Origin: Lama guanicoe
Taxonomy: Eukaryota
Assembly: GCA_013239625.1 (NCBI GenBank)
Contig: MU054323.1
Coordinates: forward strand, 14,822,029-14,886,028
Length of the DNA: 64,000 nucleotides
Direction of reading: 5' to 3'
Every line of letters starts with the position of its first letter. Position 1 is the stretch's first letter. A model generated the notes under the pieces. It was given only the letters and a program-made list of their open reading frames with translations, did no database searches and was not told the DNA's origin. This document shows, one piece after another, positions 1 through 13,700 of the stretch. The translations under genes and the position numbers were made by a program.

Positions 1-292
1 AGCGAAGTTGAGAAGAAAGTGTACAAATTTCCCATATACTCCCTGCCCCAACACACATATAACCTCCCCATTAGAAGCATCTCCCACCAGAGTGGTACAT
101 TTGTTAAAACTGACGAACCTACATTGATGCATCGTCATCACCCAAGGTCCACAGTTTACACTAGGATTCACTCTTGGTGTTGTACAATTTATAGATTTGG
201 ACAATGTGTTAAGGGCATATACTCATCATTATAGTATCATACAAAGGTATTTTCTGTGCTCTGCCAATTCATCCCTTCCTGCCATCCCCACC
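1..292 (-). mobile_element. L1MC-type LINE-1 3' UTR fragment
   Basis: cccaccagagtggtacatttgtt..gaacctacattga..tcactcttggtgttgtaca resembles the recalled L1MC1/2 3' end in antisense. Confidence 0.8.
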
Positions 293-429
293 TCAACACA
301 AACATTTTCATAGCTCTCTCTTGACATGATAAATAGAAAGTACCAAATATATTTATTTGTATGGAAGTGAAATTTTTGGATAATAGATTATGCAAATGTT
401 AAACCTCACAAAATAATGCCATTTTGTTT

Positions 430-1420
430 CTCCTCATACTTCTACCAGAAACTGATTAATCTCTCTAATACCTAAATTTGTCTGACTTCTTAATTGTTTC
501 AGGAATTATCATCTGAGGGAATAAAATCATATCAAAGGGTTTAAAATGGTAATTTGTATGTTCCTTATTACTAATGAGGTTAAACATCTTTTCGTGTGCT
601 TGTTCTGTCATATTTTCTGTGAGATGCCTGTTAAGTCTTTCCTTTAATTTTCTATTGAGTTTTGTCTTTCTGTAATTGATTTGTAAGGATGTTACTAATC
701 CTTTGTAAATTACGTGTAATACAAACATTTCTTCATTTGTGTCTTATCTTTTCACCATCTCTAGGCTGTCTTTTGTTGAAAAGAAGTTTTTAATTAACAG
801 GCAGTTGAATTTACCTTAATGCTTAGCATGTATCTTAATTTATCTTTCCCTAGTTCAAATTTGGAACAAAAATAAATATTATTCTTTATTATCTTCTAAG
901 GTCTCAGGGATTCTCCTTGAATTTATAAGTCCTCAGCCCATCTGGAATTGATTTTTGTGTATGGCGGAAGGAAGAATCCAATTTAAGGATCCAATTTATG
1001 TGGGCAATTAATTGTTCAATCACCCTATCGAATAATCCCTCCATTCCACAATGATCTTCAATCCTCCTTTGTGATATATCAAGTTATAAAACACAGTCTG
1101 TTTCCCAGATCTCTATTTTGTTCCCAGTCAATATTTTTCAATCCCTGTGCCAATTCTCCATATTGACTTTATCATTTCAGCCTTTAATATACCTTGATAT
1201 CTGGAGAGGCAAAGTCCTTACTCTTCTCCCTCAGAAATGTTTTAGCTATTCTTTGTTCCTCCAGATAAATTTTAGAATTAGTTTGTCAAGATTCATCAAA
1301 AATCCTTTGGAATAATGACTGAATTGCATTGAACTTCAGATTAATTAAAGGACAATTGTTTATATGATTTTGAATTTTCATATCTGTATGAACAGTATGG
1401 GTCTCTGTTTACTTAGGTCT
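430..1420 (-). mobile_element. Old L1M ORF2 3' region, antisense
   Basis: ctaatgaggttaaacatcttttc, catctggaattgatttttgtgtatgg, aattttagaattagtttgtcaag are typical antisense L1 ORF2. Confidence 0.75.
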
Positions 1421-2410
1421 TCCAGGAAAAAATACTGGATATAGAGGCTCATATTCTCTCTGTTTTATAGCTTAGCAATATGCTGGCTCAGTGGTCTGAA
1501 CTCAGTGAAGCTCTACACTAGCACAATAGTCTTCAATAGGTATATAATGCAAGCCACATGTGTAATGTAAAATTTTCAAGTAGCCACATTAAGAAAAGTG
1601 TAAAAAGACACAAGTAAAGTTAATTTTAATAAAATACTGATTTAATCTGACATATCAGAAATATTATCATTTTGACATGAAAGTGTGGTAAGAATTATTA
1701 AAGATATTTTACACTTATTCACACTTAATTTTTAAAATCTAGTGTGTATTTTACACCTAAACACCTCTCAATTAGGACTAACCCTACTTCAAATCTTTAG
1801 TATCCATATGTGACTAGTCGCTACTGTACTGGACAGTGCAGCTGTAGAGCTTCCCCATGGGTTAGTGAGTACATGGTTACCTATATATTCTCTGACCTTT
1901 CTATTAACTACAAATACATAAAGCAGTACTAGGAAAATCCTGTGTAAGAACTCTTTTCTTGAAACTTCCACTCCAGTGATCCCTGTTCTGGAAAGAATGT
2001 GCATTTTCCAACTGTTGGATGCTGAGATGTACATATGTCTGTTCAATCGTGTTTACTGATCACATATTTTCAGATACTTTGTCTGCTTGACTGTTAGTAA
2101 ATGGGAGAGAGGTGTGTTAAAATCTTACACTATGATAGTGGACTTGTCCCGAAACTGCTTCAGGATTTTTGGTGCTATCAGTATTTTTCTATAGAATTAC
2201 CTTTTTGCCCCTGTTCAAAGCATCCAGCACCAATTTCAGTCCCTTCCTTTTTGTTTTACCCTTTTAGGGGATTTGGTATAGGAAATGGGGTGCTTGAAAT
2301 TTCCCTTACTTCAGCAAACCCAGTCTGTACTGCATGTAAAGTACATTTTATTCAGAATCAACTAGTTTTGTAGCTGGAGTTTCCTTCAGTATCTAGATAT
2401 TTTTGCAGGA
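1416..2410 (+). pseudogene. Decayed collagen helix segment, interrupted by MER33 and an L1 fragment
   Basis: 1416 GGT CTT CCA GGA AAA AAT ACT GGA TAT AGA GGC TCA (GLPGKNTGYRGS). ORF 2101 has ELP FCP CSK..API SVP SFL FYP FR GFG IGN GVL in triplet register. Confidence 0.75.
1519..1841. mobile_element. MER33-like hAT-Charlie DNA transposon
   Basis: caatag..atataatgcaagccacatgtgtaat..tagccacatt..gctactgtactggacagtgcag; ~320 bp. Confidence 0.8.
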
Positions 2411-3269
2411 GGCAAACTCTTTTACTTGTATTTTTAAAAGTATTTTTACTTCTTTTTATTTTCATTACCTAAAAACCCTGTAGGAAATTAATGTTTGTAT
2501 GCTTGTGCGACAATTGTTTTTCAAGTTGTCTTTCAATTTTTTTTTTGTCCTGAGATTTTTAATTTGTTTGGCTAAAGTTTTAAATGTTTATGTGGCCAAG
2601 GCTACTCACTATAACTTCATGTTTTCTGGTTCTGTCTCCAGATTCATAAATATCTCCTTCAATACAAGATTCCATGAATACCTATCAATTTTTGCCTAGT
2701 ATATTTATGATTTTCTATTAATATTTGCCTTTCACTTATCTGAAGTTTATTTTAGAGAAATGATTGTGTAGTATTCTCACTTAAGTTTTGCTTCAGTGAC
2801 TAATTTTCCTGAAATCATTAATGAATAAAACTATTTTTTCATTGCTAATTTGAAATGCTGCTTTCATCATAGAATAAATTATCTTGATTTCTTGGTCATT
2901 TTTCTGGTTCTGCTATTCCAATAACCTCTCTATATCTCAGGTTTCAGTGTTTTAGTTTAATTAATTCAGGTTTCTAGCAAAGCATAGTACGTATTAGCAC
3001 AAGTATTTCTTTATTGCTTTTATTACTGATGGAGTTTTCTTACACATTTATTGTTTTCTGTTATACTTTAAGCATCCTTCAATGAAGATAAAAAAAGGTG
3101 TGCTGAGATTGTGATTGTTAAATTTTTCGTATTAATTTTGGCTTTTTTTAAATCATTAACATTCCTATTTAAGCAGTGGTTTCTCAATATATTCAATTTG
3201 TTAGTGTCTATTACTGAAATTTTAAACTTCTCAAAAGGTTCCTATAAAGTTTATTACTAAAAAGCAATT

Positions 3270-3550
3270 TTATTATTTAAACTTTTTAATAGGGAAAATT
3301 GCAAACATAATCAAAAGTAGTGAAAATAATATAATGAACATCTGTTTACCTATTACTTGGATTCAACATTTATCAACCAATGGCTATGCTTGTTTCATCT
3401 ATGTCCTCATCCAGGTCCAAATCACCCATTTAATTTTGAGGGAATTTCCAGAAAATTTGCCAATATTTCAGTAAGCATAACTAAACAATAAGGACTCTTA
3501 TTGTTTTAAATATAATCACATTAATGTTCACAGGTCAAAAATTAACTGTA
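3270..3550 (-). mobile_element. L1MC4/L1ME-type 3' end fragment
   Basis: aaacata..aaagtag..aataatataatgaaca..caatggctatgcttgtttcatct. Confidence 0.6.
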
Positions 3551-3691
3551 ATTCCAGAGCAAATCAATTAAACTTTATAAAATACAATTTTCTCATCTGG
3601 AAAGTAGAATTGTAGTACTATCTCTTGGGTTGAAAAAACAACAACTACTGTTGTTATTATTATTAATAATAATTTAAATAATTATATTCAG

Positions 3692-4720
3692 TTTTCATTT
3701 GATCTACTATATGATGGGTTTTAATGATGTATTTTTATGTAGAACTGTCATGCATTTCTAGGATGAAAGCTCTATGGTAATTATATATTGATATTTTAAT
3801 ATATTTTAGAATTGAGTGGTATGTTACTTTGTATTTTTGCATTTATTTTATAAATGAGATTACTTTCTAGAAAGCTGATAAAAAATTCATTTTTCTCTAT
3901 TGTTCAATAGGTTTTCCTAGCTCACTGTATTAATTTTCTTTCTTTCTCTATGTCCTAGAATGATTCAACTGTTACCAGAAGCACTTGTTATCAAAACATC
4001 TGAAACTTGTTCATGGAAGCATCTAATCTTGACAACATCTGGGTAAGTGACTCTTTTTTCAGCTTCTTCACCTGGCTTTATTTCTTCTCTTAAAGCCAGA
4101 GTCCAGGTTACAGGCCCCTTTTCTGATCTCCTAAAGGGTATTATGCAATAATATTGTCCTTGTTTTATCATTTTCCTGAATGGTCTTTCTTTCCAATTGA
4201 GTGTGAGCCTTCAAAGATAAGAACCATTTCTGACGATACTCAACAAATGTTGACTAGATAAGTGAGAGAATAAATGAATATATATGAAGCATCTAATACA
4301 CTGACTGATAACAGATATCAGCTGCTCTTTTTAATATTAACCAAGAAAAAATAATTCAATCACAGATTTGGGGGATGAAGGTCATAATCCCATTGTGCGC
4401 TATAAATCACTTTGTCCCTCCGGAGCCTTTACATGAACTGGTGGCTAGAGAGAAAACTATTCTCTCAGTGCCCAGGATAGACGAATTGCCTATGTTTGGC
4501 TTTCTTTTTCTATAATCTCTGTTCCCTGTTGTAGGTTTCCTTAGGAATATAAGTTGATGAATACCATGTACTGATAGCAAAAGAGACAAAGTATTTGAAA
4601 GGCTAAGTGAGAAAGAAACTTTCTCAAAATCATAAATTATATGGTAATACCATCAAGCATTCTTCATGCAAATAGAAAAAGGATAAACTCAGCAGGTGAT
4701 GATGATACAGGCTGTAAACA
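3692..4720 (+). pseudogene. Decayed collagen helix segments
   Basis: Strong acceptor before 3959 (long pyrimidine tract, cctag). Triplets NDS TVT RST CYQ NI* NLF MEA. 4371 GGG GAT GAA GGT CAT AAT (GDEGHN); later PSGAF, GFL. Confidence 0.7.
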
Positions 4721-5874
4721 TTCATTTTTAGTCTGCAGACTTGCTGTCATCCTTTAGGAAAACCATTTAATATGTGTGGGACTCAGTGTCTTTATCTCTT
4801 ACTCACAATGATAATGTGTTTTACAGGAATTTAGTCTAAGAACTTAATAATAATTAAAACTCTGAAAGGAAAATGAAAATTAAGAGCCATTAAAAGAATT
4901 GTAGATACTGAATAACAATAATGTGAGAATTTTAAACTACCTAAAAGCTGTGCCAGAAAAAAAGTACTTAGCTTTGATCATGAATTTGTGAAATGTTTCA
5001 GATTTCTGTTTTAGAGCTGAAAATGAATTTATATACACAAGGAGTTTTTCTCAGCTTTATGGCTCAGTGTAAAAATTAATCTTGGATAGGCAGAGCTGTT
5101 CCTCAATGCAACTGTCCTGGAGAGAAAACTTTTTTTTTTTCAATGAGTTATAAACATTTTGCTTCCATTCAATGTCAAATGCTAGTTCACGTCATAAGCA
5201 TTTGAAACATGTACTGGTTTGGCTGATAATCTTGTTAGTTCTCTCATATTTTGTTTGGTTTCATTGTGTTTAATGCTTTCATTTGCTTTTCACAAAATGT
5301 TTATTTTGAAGTTTTGTACTTTGCTGGATTTTGTTTTGGCTTCTCTGTCCCAATTTTGAGGCAATTGGTAGAAAGGACGTAGCCTGCTATGTACACAGAA
5401 CCACTATTAAAACATTTCGGGCGAAAGTAAAATTTTCCAGACACTCACTGAAAGCGATTTTTTTAGTGAAGATTCTAAATTGTGTGCTTAATCTCTCCTA
5501 TTCACTTTTACAAAATGCTTTCTGTCTGAAACAGTATTCCTCCCCACCAACATACATACAATATGCATGTACGAACTTCTAACATCTTTTGACCTTCTGG
5601 ACATGTTAAAGAGATCTTGGAAGCCTAAGTGCAGAGATTTAAGTCAGCTTATCGAGTTGTAATCACCTAGTGCACATCTGTTCATGTCAATATAATAGAT
5701 ATTCTGCAGAACACGTAAGACAAAATCTACTGTTGACTCACTGCAGTGCTAAAGAGCAGTGGGATTCTAACAGAAGCCGGTATCACATCTCCACTAGACT
5801 AGCTCTGTGTTTCCCTCTGAAAGTTTTACAAAAAGAAGCCTTCTTCCAATCCATATTACCCAATCCATTCATTT

Positions 5875-6018
5875 CTTTTTTCTTTTTTCTTTTTTGCAGG
5901 TGGGAGGTAATTAAGTTTATTTGTTTAGTTTTTGGATGGAGGTGAGGTACTGGGGGCTGAACCCAGGACCTCATACATACTAAGTAAATGCTTTACCACT
6001 GAGCTATATCCTCCTTCC
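5875..6018 (-). mobile_element. tRNA-derived SINE, Vic-1 (camelid) type
   Basis: Reverse strand reads GGAGGATATAGCTCAGTGGTAAAGCAT..GAGGTCCTGGGTTCAGCCCCCAGTACCTC..AAATAAACTTAATTACCTCCC then an A-rich tail. Pol III A/B boxes present. Flanking repeat cattcattt at 5866-5874 and 6020-6028. Confidence 0.85.
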
Positions 6019-6868
6019 TCATTCATTTTTAACACCTCCCGTTGTATTCTTTCTTCACAAGCATTTGCTTAAGCCCAAAGATGCAAAATATAACATTATA
6101 TTTTTATATATCTAAAGTACATGTTAATTTCCTAAATCATTCCTTTATCCAGGCACAGTACTGTGAGATGTGGGTGTTTCTTGTTTGGAAAGTAGTTTTC
6201 CTCTTGCCAGGCCCCAGCAGTTTTCCTAACATCAAATATAAACACACAGCTGGAGGTCCGTGGTTACCTCTTAGGGAAAGAGGAATAAAAGCTAAAGAAG
6301 GTGCTATATAGGTATGAAACTGGTATTTTTAGAGACAGCTTCTCACCTATAATTAGCCTTTCTTCCATTATTGTATTACCATCAGTAGTCCTGGTTTTGA
6401 CATTTTTTTAAATATTAGGAGACACTTTAATTTATAAAAACTCATTGTTAATTCACAGCACCAGAATTAAACAAGATGACTTTTGATATAATTACTACCA
6501 TAACAGAAAACATATCTAAAGCGCTTCATATAATTACTTCCGGTTTTCAACCATATTTGCCTTCATCAATAAGATTACAGTATTATCAAAATTGCCCAAA
6601 GACCAATTACGAAATTCAACAGTAAAAATATCACAACTATAAAAGAATGAACTATGGAAATTAACTATAAATTAAGTGTGTTAATTCTTAATATCAGTCT
6701 TACAGAGCTACTATTAACTTCTGAGGAAAGATCAACATACTCAAGTAGATCTCTTAAGTCTGGTATTTTCAGATATCGGGACGTAGGCAGCAAAATCAGA
6801 CATGGGTTTCAGAAATATTGCCTGTATTTCAAATTGAAAGGACCAAAAAAGAGGACTTGCTGAAATGA

Positions 6869-7072
6869 TGTACAGGTTAGTTTCCCAAGGAAGCTGACTT
6901 TGAGATGGAGATTTGCCAAAGGAAGTTTATTGGGAGGTAACTTCAGAATTAACACCTGTGGGGAGAGTGAAGGAAACTGGATTGGGCAGAGGGTGAAGCT
7001 GAAATACAGTGCAGTCAAAGCCAAAGTTCAGCCCATCTTTTAAGGATCTCTGGAACCAGGAAGACCTTTCAG
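6869..7072 (-). mobile_element. LTR16-family (ERVL) LTR fragment
   Basis: ggaagctgactttgagatggagatttg..tttattggg..aacacctgtg..ggattgggcagaggg resembles the LTR16 3' half in antisense. Confidence 0.75.
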
Positions 7073-8409
7073 ACCATGGAAGCCAAAAGGATATTTTGTC
7101 AGACTTAGCTATATTTAAACTCATAAGATAATGAGTGATTGTTAACAGCATTCAAGTATTTGGGCTTGACCTCATTGACCCAGTTTTCCTAACATCGTAA
7201 ACTGTCCTGGATTATATATAATTTGTGTTGTGGTTCTAAAAATTACATGAAACTTGACTGTATATTTATAATAGTGGTTTAGTAACATTTTCCTTCTGTT
7301 TATCCTGGGATTTTTGTTTAAATGTTGTGATAAACTACTTGGGCATATTTCTCTATTACTCAAGCCAGAATCCTGGAAGTCACTGCTGTTACCTGTTTCT
7401 TCCTCACACCAATTTCTTGATCCTTTTAAGCTCAAAGCCTTTCAAATATAACTCCTAGATTTTTCCTGATTTTTTCCCCTTTGTTTGTCTCTTGTTACTG
7501 TTTCTTTAACTCAAGTCATTAGTTTTTCTTTCCTGGGTTACTGAAATAACCTCCTCACTGGTTTCCCAGAGTTGACTCTTCCTGGATCTACCCCAGTGAC
7601 TGAGTATCATGATAGTTCACTCAGCAGAAGGTTTTAAAAACACAACAAAATAAAACAAAACCTCCTTTTATAGAAGTTTTGGGGAAAAAACTGATTTCTG
7701 ATATGGCAGTTAGTATCTCTGCACATGCTCCTTTTTATAGCTGTTAGGTGGCAAAAAATTTTTCATATGTAAAAATACATATACATATATGTGTATATAA
7801 ATATATAACTATAAAATAAGTCTATCACAATAAAGTGTTAAGAAAACAGTAAGATATTCTGACACCAGGTTCACAGTTATACCAATTGCAACTATGAACC
7901 AACGACAAGCCAAAAAACACAATGTTATGCCATTCCAAGGTATACAGAATCACTGAATACAGTACTACGGACAGTCACTGCTGGAGCTTAGGACAGTCTT
8001 AGATTGAATGATCTTAAATTGGTTGAAGTAGTCACTTTGACTCTGCTGTGAGAAGCCAGGGGAAAAGAACCCAAAAGAGAAAAGTGGACTCAGATTCTAA
8101 AGCTAAATCTAGAGGGTTGTCTGGCATGTGCTTTATGAACGCGGGCCAGGTTGCCGCTTTGTCCCTATTTCCCTTCCTCATGTTCCATTTGCAGTGTGTT
8201 TCCCGATGTTGAATAGCTGCCAGTGCAGAAAATAAACTCTATTTTTCCTTTGCACAGAACGTTGCTAAATTATTTTCATTCAGAAGTCGTTATTTTTATT
8301 CTTTCATCAGTTAAATAATACAATGATTTTCATGTATCCCAACATATATTAAATAAGAAATCATCAAAAATATCTAGAAGTACTATTTCTGATACATTCT
8401 ATATCACTC

Positions 8410-8672
8410 ATAATGATGATAATAATAATATAGTTATATTGCTCTTTATACGCATTGTTCTAAGTAGCTTCCATGCTTAGCAATTCTGAGTAACTGTCAA
8501 ACACCTAACCCTGTGCTGTATAAAGTATTATTCGCCCAATTTATTGAGGAACTTGCAGTATGGAAAGCTTAAGTTATCTCCACTCAGCTAGAAAGTAGTA
8601 AAGTCCAAATTTGAACCCAAGCCACTTGAGCTCTGGAATAAATACTTTGAACCCTTAAATTCTAATGCCTCT
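8410..8672 (-). mobile_element. MIR SINE
   Basis: aaccctgtg..tattattcgcccaattt..gaggaact..atttgaacccaag..ttgaaccct..tgcctctc. Confidence 0.7.
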
Positions 8673-8736
8673 CACTATGAGAACCACTGTCTTCCTTGAT
8701 CACCGAGCACAAACTATTGGGTTATCATAAATCAGG

Positions 8737-8784
8737 CCAAAATCCTAACCCTAACCCAAATCTTAAACCAAACGCTAATCCTCA
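8737..8784 (+). repeat. Degenerate (CCCTAA)n telomere-like hexamer run
   Basis: ccaaaa tcctaa ccctaa cccaaa tcttaa accaaa cgctaa tcctca: 8 hexamers in register, 1 perfect. Confidence 0.55.
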
Positions 8785-9862
8785 TTCATGATCATAAATG
8801 TTTTCTTTTCAAATAACTTTGCTAGCAAATCATAACAGTCATTGCTCCTTCTAAATCACCAGCAACTCTCCATTTCTACACTTGTCTTTTCACATGAGAA
8901 CACTAGTCCTACACAGCCACAGGTTAACATCTGCACAAATGAATGTGTGTCAAGCTTCCTATATTGTTATCTGTTGCCACAGTTTATTAAAACATCTTCA
9001 TGCAAGTCCAGTGGCATAGTTAGAAAGACCTAAACTACAAAGCAGAAAAAATTTTTGCAAATGCATGCACACAGCCAACATGGAAGTCCACTGATTTTGG
9101 GGGGTTAAATACAATGAATTCTCATCTCAAATTTTATGTTCATGAGTTAATGAAAAAAGACTAATAGTAATGACCAGACTCAGGGTCAACATTTGGGAGA
9201 ATTGTATACGGAAAACTACAATATAATAATATCACAATAATGGAATCAAAGAAACAAAGTGAATCATTCAATGTATTGCTTTAAGATGGCAGTACTTCAG
9301 ATCATATAGGTTTGAAAGCAACATGCACTTGATGTTTATTATTCTTCTAAGAAAAAAGTATGAATAGGAAAACAAAGACTGAGCATGAAAGAAGCATGAG
9401 TCAGAAGGAAAAAAAGATTTATAAATTATTGAGAAAGTTGGTTACTGTCCCATTTTGGGGTCCAGGATCACCAATTTGGAAAAGTGGTAAGAAGTGCGGG
9501 GAAAGTACATCAGCACAGCATGGCCAGGAGGGTAAGATTAGTGTCCAGAAAAACTGCTTGATTTCTAGTTACCTCTTTGCTGCAAGCAAAATTTTGAGCA
9601 AGTTACAGTAACACCCTATACCTCAGCAGTTACAGAAGAATAAAGTGCTTAATGTCATGACAAGAAAATAAGAATCTTTAAATCAATGCTAATTAATTTT
9701 GATTTCCTTTGGTCCCTAGGGATACTTACAGAGTCAATAATAAAAAAAAAAAGTAAATTTAAAGCATCTTATATATTTGTAGAGCCTTAACTATTAATTG
9801 TATTTTCTATTTGAGATAACTGAACTCTGTGAGATGTTATGGAGTGTAAATTTGCTTAAATA

Positions 9863-10605
9863 CCATTAGCATTCAGGGTCAAATCAGGAGACAGAAACCA
9901 CAAAGTAATTTGAACAATAAATGCTTAATATAAAGGGTTATTAACTAGTAACACAAGATTAGCTATGAAGCGGGTATAGAAAAATCTAAAGAATACACGA
10001 GCAGCAGATACAGGGAGCAACTACTACTCTACCCATAGGACTGAGGTGGAGTACCAAAGAAGAGGCAATTTGGGAGAAGGACCCCACCCCTAAGGCTGAG
10101 TTTCAGACTTCAGTTGTAGAGGGAATGGCTGTAGCCTACCGCTTCCATTAAAATGCCACAGGCTAACATTTCTACACATGAAACTACCCAATGGAGTGCT
10201 GAAAAAATGTTCACCTAGAAGCTACCTGGGGAGGTGTTGTTGAAATTACCAATGCATTATCTGGGACACTAGTGGTATTCATTAGGAACTGCCTGCAAGA
10301 ACACCAGAAGTTGGCTGGGTTGCCCATGGAACTCCCCAGGAAGATGTTCATGTGAGAAATTCTGAAGCTCTTTGGAAGTGAGTACCACTAAGTATATCTC
10401 TATGTGTCCCTCATGCCAGCCAAATGCTGCCATAGCAAGAAGAAGAGAAGATACATCAGGACAAGGATGAGAAACCCCTTTTTACTGTACTGTGCCTCAA
10501 TGCAAACTTAACAGGGGTAAATTAAGGAGAAATGTATATAAGGTCTAGCTTAAGTATCACAAGCAGAGCAATGAAGGGTGGAGTTGGAGCTAAGAGGCAC
10601 TAACT
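9863..10605. mobile_element. Ancient solo LTR (LTR78-like)
   Basis: tcagggtc..tcaggagacagaaaccac..gtaatttgaaca..aatataaag at one end; gaagggtggagttggagctaagaggca at the other. Confidence 0.6.
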
Positions 10606-10787
10606 GTACGTATGTGTATACATACCTGCACAGTGCATAAATATCCATTTCCTGGGGAAATGAAGTATTGTTTACTATTTGTTGGCTCTTGTAATTCAAT
10701 ATCAGAGGGCTGATACTCATTCAGGAAATAGAATACCACCATTTATCCTTAGACACTGAGTCATTTATCATATAGACATTATGAGCA

Positions 10788-13700
10788 GGTGCCCAGTCAC
10801 TGCCAATTGCCTTCAGAAGTAAAGACTGAATGTATTGCTGGAAACTGCTGTTTCCTCTCTATAAGCTATAAGCTGTAATGAGCAGTCAGCCTTCACCAAA
10901 TGAGTTGGCCTCTATGTAGATGAAGGGCTATAAAGCCCATGAGCAGAGAGAGCGAGAGTGTAACTGATCTGGTTTCCAGAGGAGTGGTCAACTGAGAACA
11001 AGAGACCAAGATGTCAACAATATCATAGACTAAATGATAAAGGCACTGCACACATGGAACTTTTGCCTTTGACCAAAAAATGTGCTGAGTGATACATACA
11101 TCAGGGAAACTCCCTCATCCTGGAGGTGGAGGAATATACTGGCATGACCAATTTGGGAGACCAACTAAAAATATATAGTAAAAATTAAGATGCACCATCC
11201 CCTACTGTTGCCTTAATCTCACAGAAACTCATATATATATGATATATATACATATATATTTAAAGACATGTATAAGAAAGTAAGTAAAAACATTGTTAGG
11301 GCAAAAAAATGGTAACAATATAAATGTTCATCAATGGAAAAATAGATAAATAAATCCCTACATTCTTAGGGATATACTACAGAGCAACAGGAACAAATTA
11401 ACTAGACTTACTCATGTCAGTAGAAATCAATTATCTTTAAATTAAAAAATGTAACTTGTAAACTAATTTATATTATGTAACATTTATATAAAGTTCAAAG
11501 TAATATATATATGCACATATACACATGTATATAGTTTAGGACTATGTGGATTGGTAATAAATGTATAAATAATACATATAGATGACACACACAAGTTTCA
11601 AAATAATGGTTGCCTCTCGGAGTGGAGAGAGAAGAATGATACTAAGAATTCATACGGATCTTTGGCTTTTTAGGTAGTATTTTGTGTCTTAAGCTAGGTT
11701 ATAAATACATAGACATTCAGTTAATGATTATCTTTCCTTATGCATGTCTTTAATGATTTTATACTACATATTCTTAATTGGAGAAGGGTTTACTCAAATA
11801 TATGGCCATATAGATATTGGCTACTGGGGATGCTTTAGAAGATCCTGGTGGAGGAACATTTTTACTCTTTCCCATTAATAAATCACAGCTTCTAAAATCA
11901 AGTCCTTGGGAATCTCTTACATAGGGGAAAAACAGGAAGTTCTAGAGTCTGGAGAAGTAAATAAGTTTTATTTCATAGTAGAGAAAACATTTTCATATAA
12001 CAGATGGGAGCGGGGAGCCAAGGATAAAAAGAGAGTCTAGAGCCCAATCTCCAGTGAACCAAGGAAACACTTCACAAATTAGACTCACAGTCCACCTCTC
12101 ATTTCCTTCCAGATTTCTTTTATAGCATGACATTAAGATCTCAGTACTCCAGTTGAAGAAATTTACTGAACAAGTAGAGTTTATTACAACGAATTGTATC
12201 AGTTTAGGAACTCTAGGTAGATTTTATAGTGTCTGTAGTCATGAGTCAAATATTATAGCAACTGTGAACTTTTCAAAACAGTTTCATGAATAAATGTACA
12301 ATAAGATGGGTAGAGATTTTGGTGGATGAATGAAAATGTAATGTTAGATAAAATATAGCTCAAAATATCAAGGTATAGATAAAAGAATACAATTACTTTT
12401 CTTATATTTTAGTTATGAAAAACCAAGGTGCCAGTTTCAGAAAACATATCCTATCAATAATGTTATTTTAAAGTTACTCTTTGCTTTAAAACCTCTGTGT
12501 ATCATTCTTACATGTAAACTATGTCATGCCTGCAGATATGTTTTACTCATCTAATCTGGTAAAATACCATTCAGGCCATAGAATTTGCATTTGTTTTACT
12601 ATTAATGCTAAATTTTGCTGATGGGCACCTCAAACTCCGTTTACTGCTCCCCTAATAGCCAGCATTGATTTCCATAAAATTCAAGGCTATACACGAGAAT
12701 GGTGTGAGAATAACTCATTCTATCTTTTGTGCTATATTTTTTACAGTATTTACTATTATATAGGTCTACCTGATTTATTTAGTCTTAACTTCCTTACTCC
12801 TAACCAAATTAAATTTTGAGTACATATTTGCTTCATAAATTAAACACTTATGATTGATTAAGAGTAAGCAAGAAAAATGCAGTTATATATTAAGGTAGAG
12901 TGAGAGGAAAATAAAAATAATTATCCTCTGTCATGAAATTCAGGTAAACCTGACTTGCTTAGAGCAGAAAGGGAATGAATTCTGAAGATGAATGTTCTCA
13001 ACTTAAGGCATTAAATTCGTGGCCTAGAGATAAAACACAACAATTTTTTCCTAATAATCAGAAAAGGAAAGAAGATCTTAGGCTAACTTCCTAATAGTAC
13101 AAGGAGGGGAAAAAATCACAAACATGGGAGCACTATATGTACTACGAAATAGAGATACAGCTGCTCAAGGACCTCACCCACCAACATCCACCCAACAACC
13201 ACCCCACCATCACATGACTTTATGGTCAGGTAGTTAAGTAAGGTGAAGAGAAGAAATTTTTTACAGTTGGTAGCAGATTTGGATGGGAAAAGTTTGGGGC
13301 ATACTGTTGGCAAAACAAATAATTTTTGGATATGCCCATTACATGTAATATATCCATATTCCTTTTGAACAAACTGAATTCTAAATATTGTCTACAAATT
13401 CAGTATTTTTTGAACTGTAAACAATCACTCATTCTTGTAATGATTTATTAAGCATATACAAATTTACTGAGCAATTTGGGGGATATCTGTCTTTACTAGT
13501 GATCTCTAACAATATGTGGCGGTTTGGGAACAAACCAAAAGCAACTCTGGTATAAATGAAGGAAGTATGTCAACGAAAATAACAAACTTTGAAAACAAGA
13601 ATTATGATCAAACACTTTGGCGAAGTTATCACTTTATGGGTCCTTTCTCCACCTGTCCCACTTGCTCTGAGTATTTTACCCATCCATTACCTCCCATTAA

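Larger units (their letters stand above)
5015..7400 (+). pseudogene. Decayed collagen helix segments split by a Vic-1 SINE and an LTR16
   Basis: ORF 5331 (GRKDVACYV..), ORF 6042 (LPGPSSFP..ERGIKAKEGAI) and ORF 6654 (SGIFRYRDVGSKIRHGFQ..LKGPK) all show Gly or near-Gly codons every third residue. Confidence 0.8.
7840..9600 (+). pseudogene. Decayed collagen helix segments
   Basis: ~8049 GAG AAG CCA GGG GAA AAG AAC CCA AAA GAG AAA AGT GGA CTC AGA. ORF 8842 SPT QPQ VNI CTN. ~9242 GIK ETK *II. ORF 9360 GPGSPIWKSGKKCGESTSAQHGQE. Confidence 0.75.

Noticed and set aside
3692..4600. Possible TSPN/laminin-G exons (..NLFMEASNLDNIW/VSLGI*V..)
   Set aside because: The segment fits Gly-X-Y register better, and the register continues through the supposed introns.
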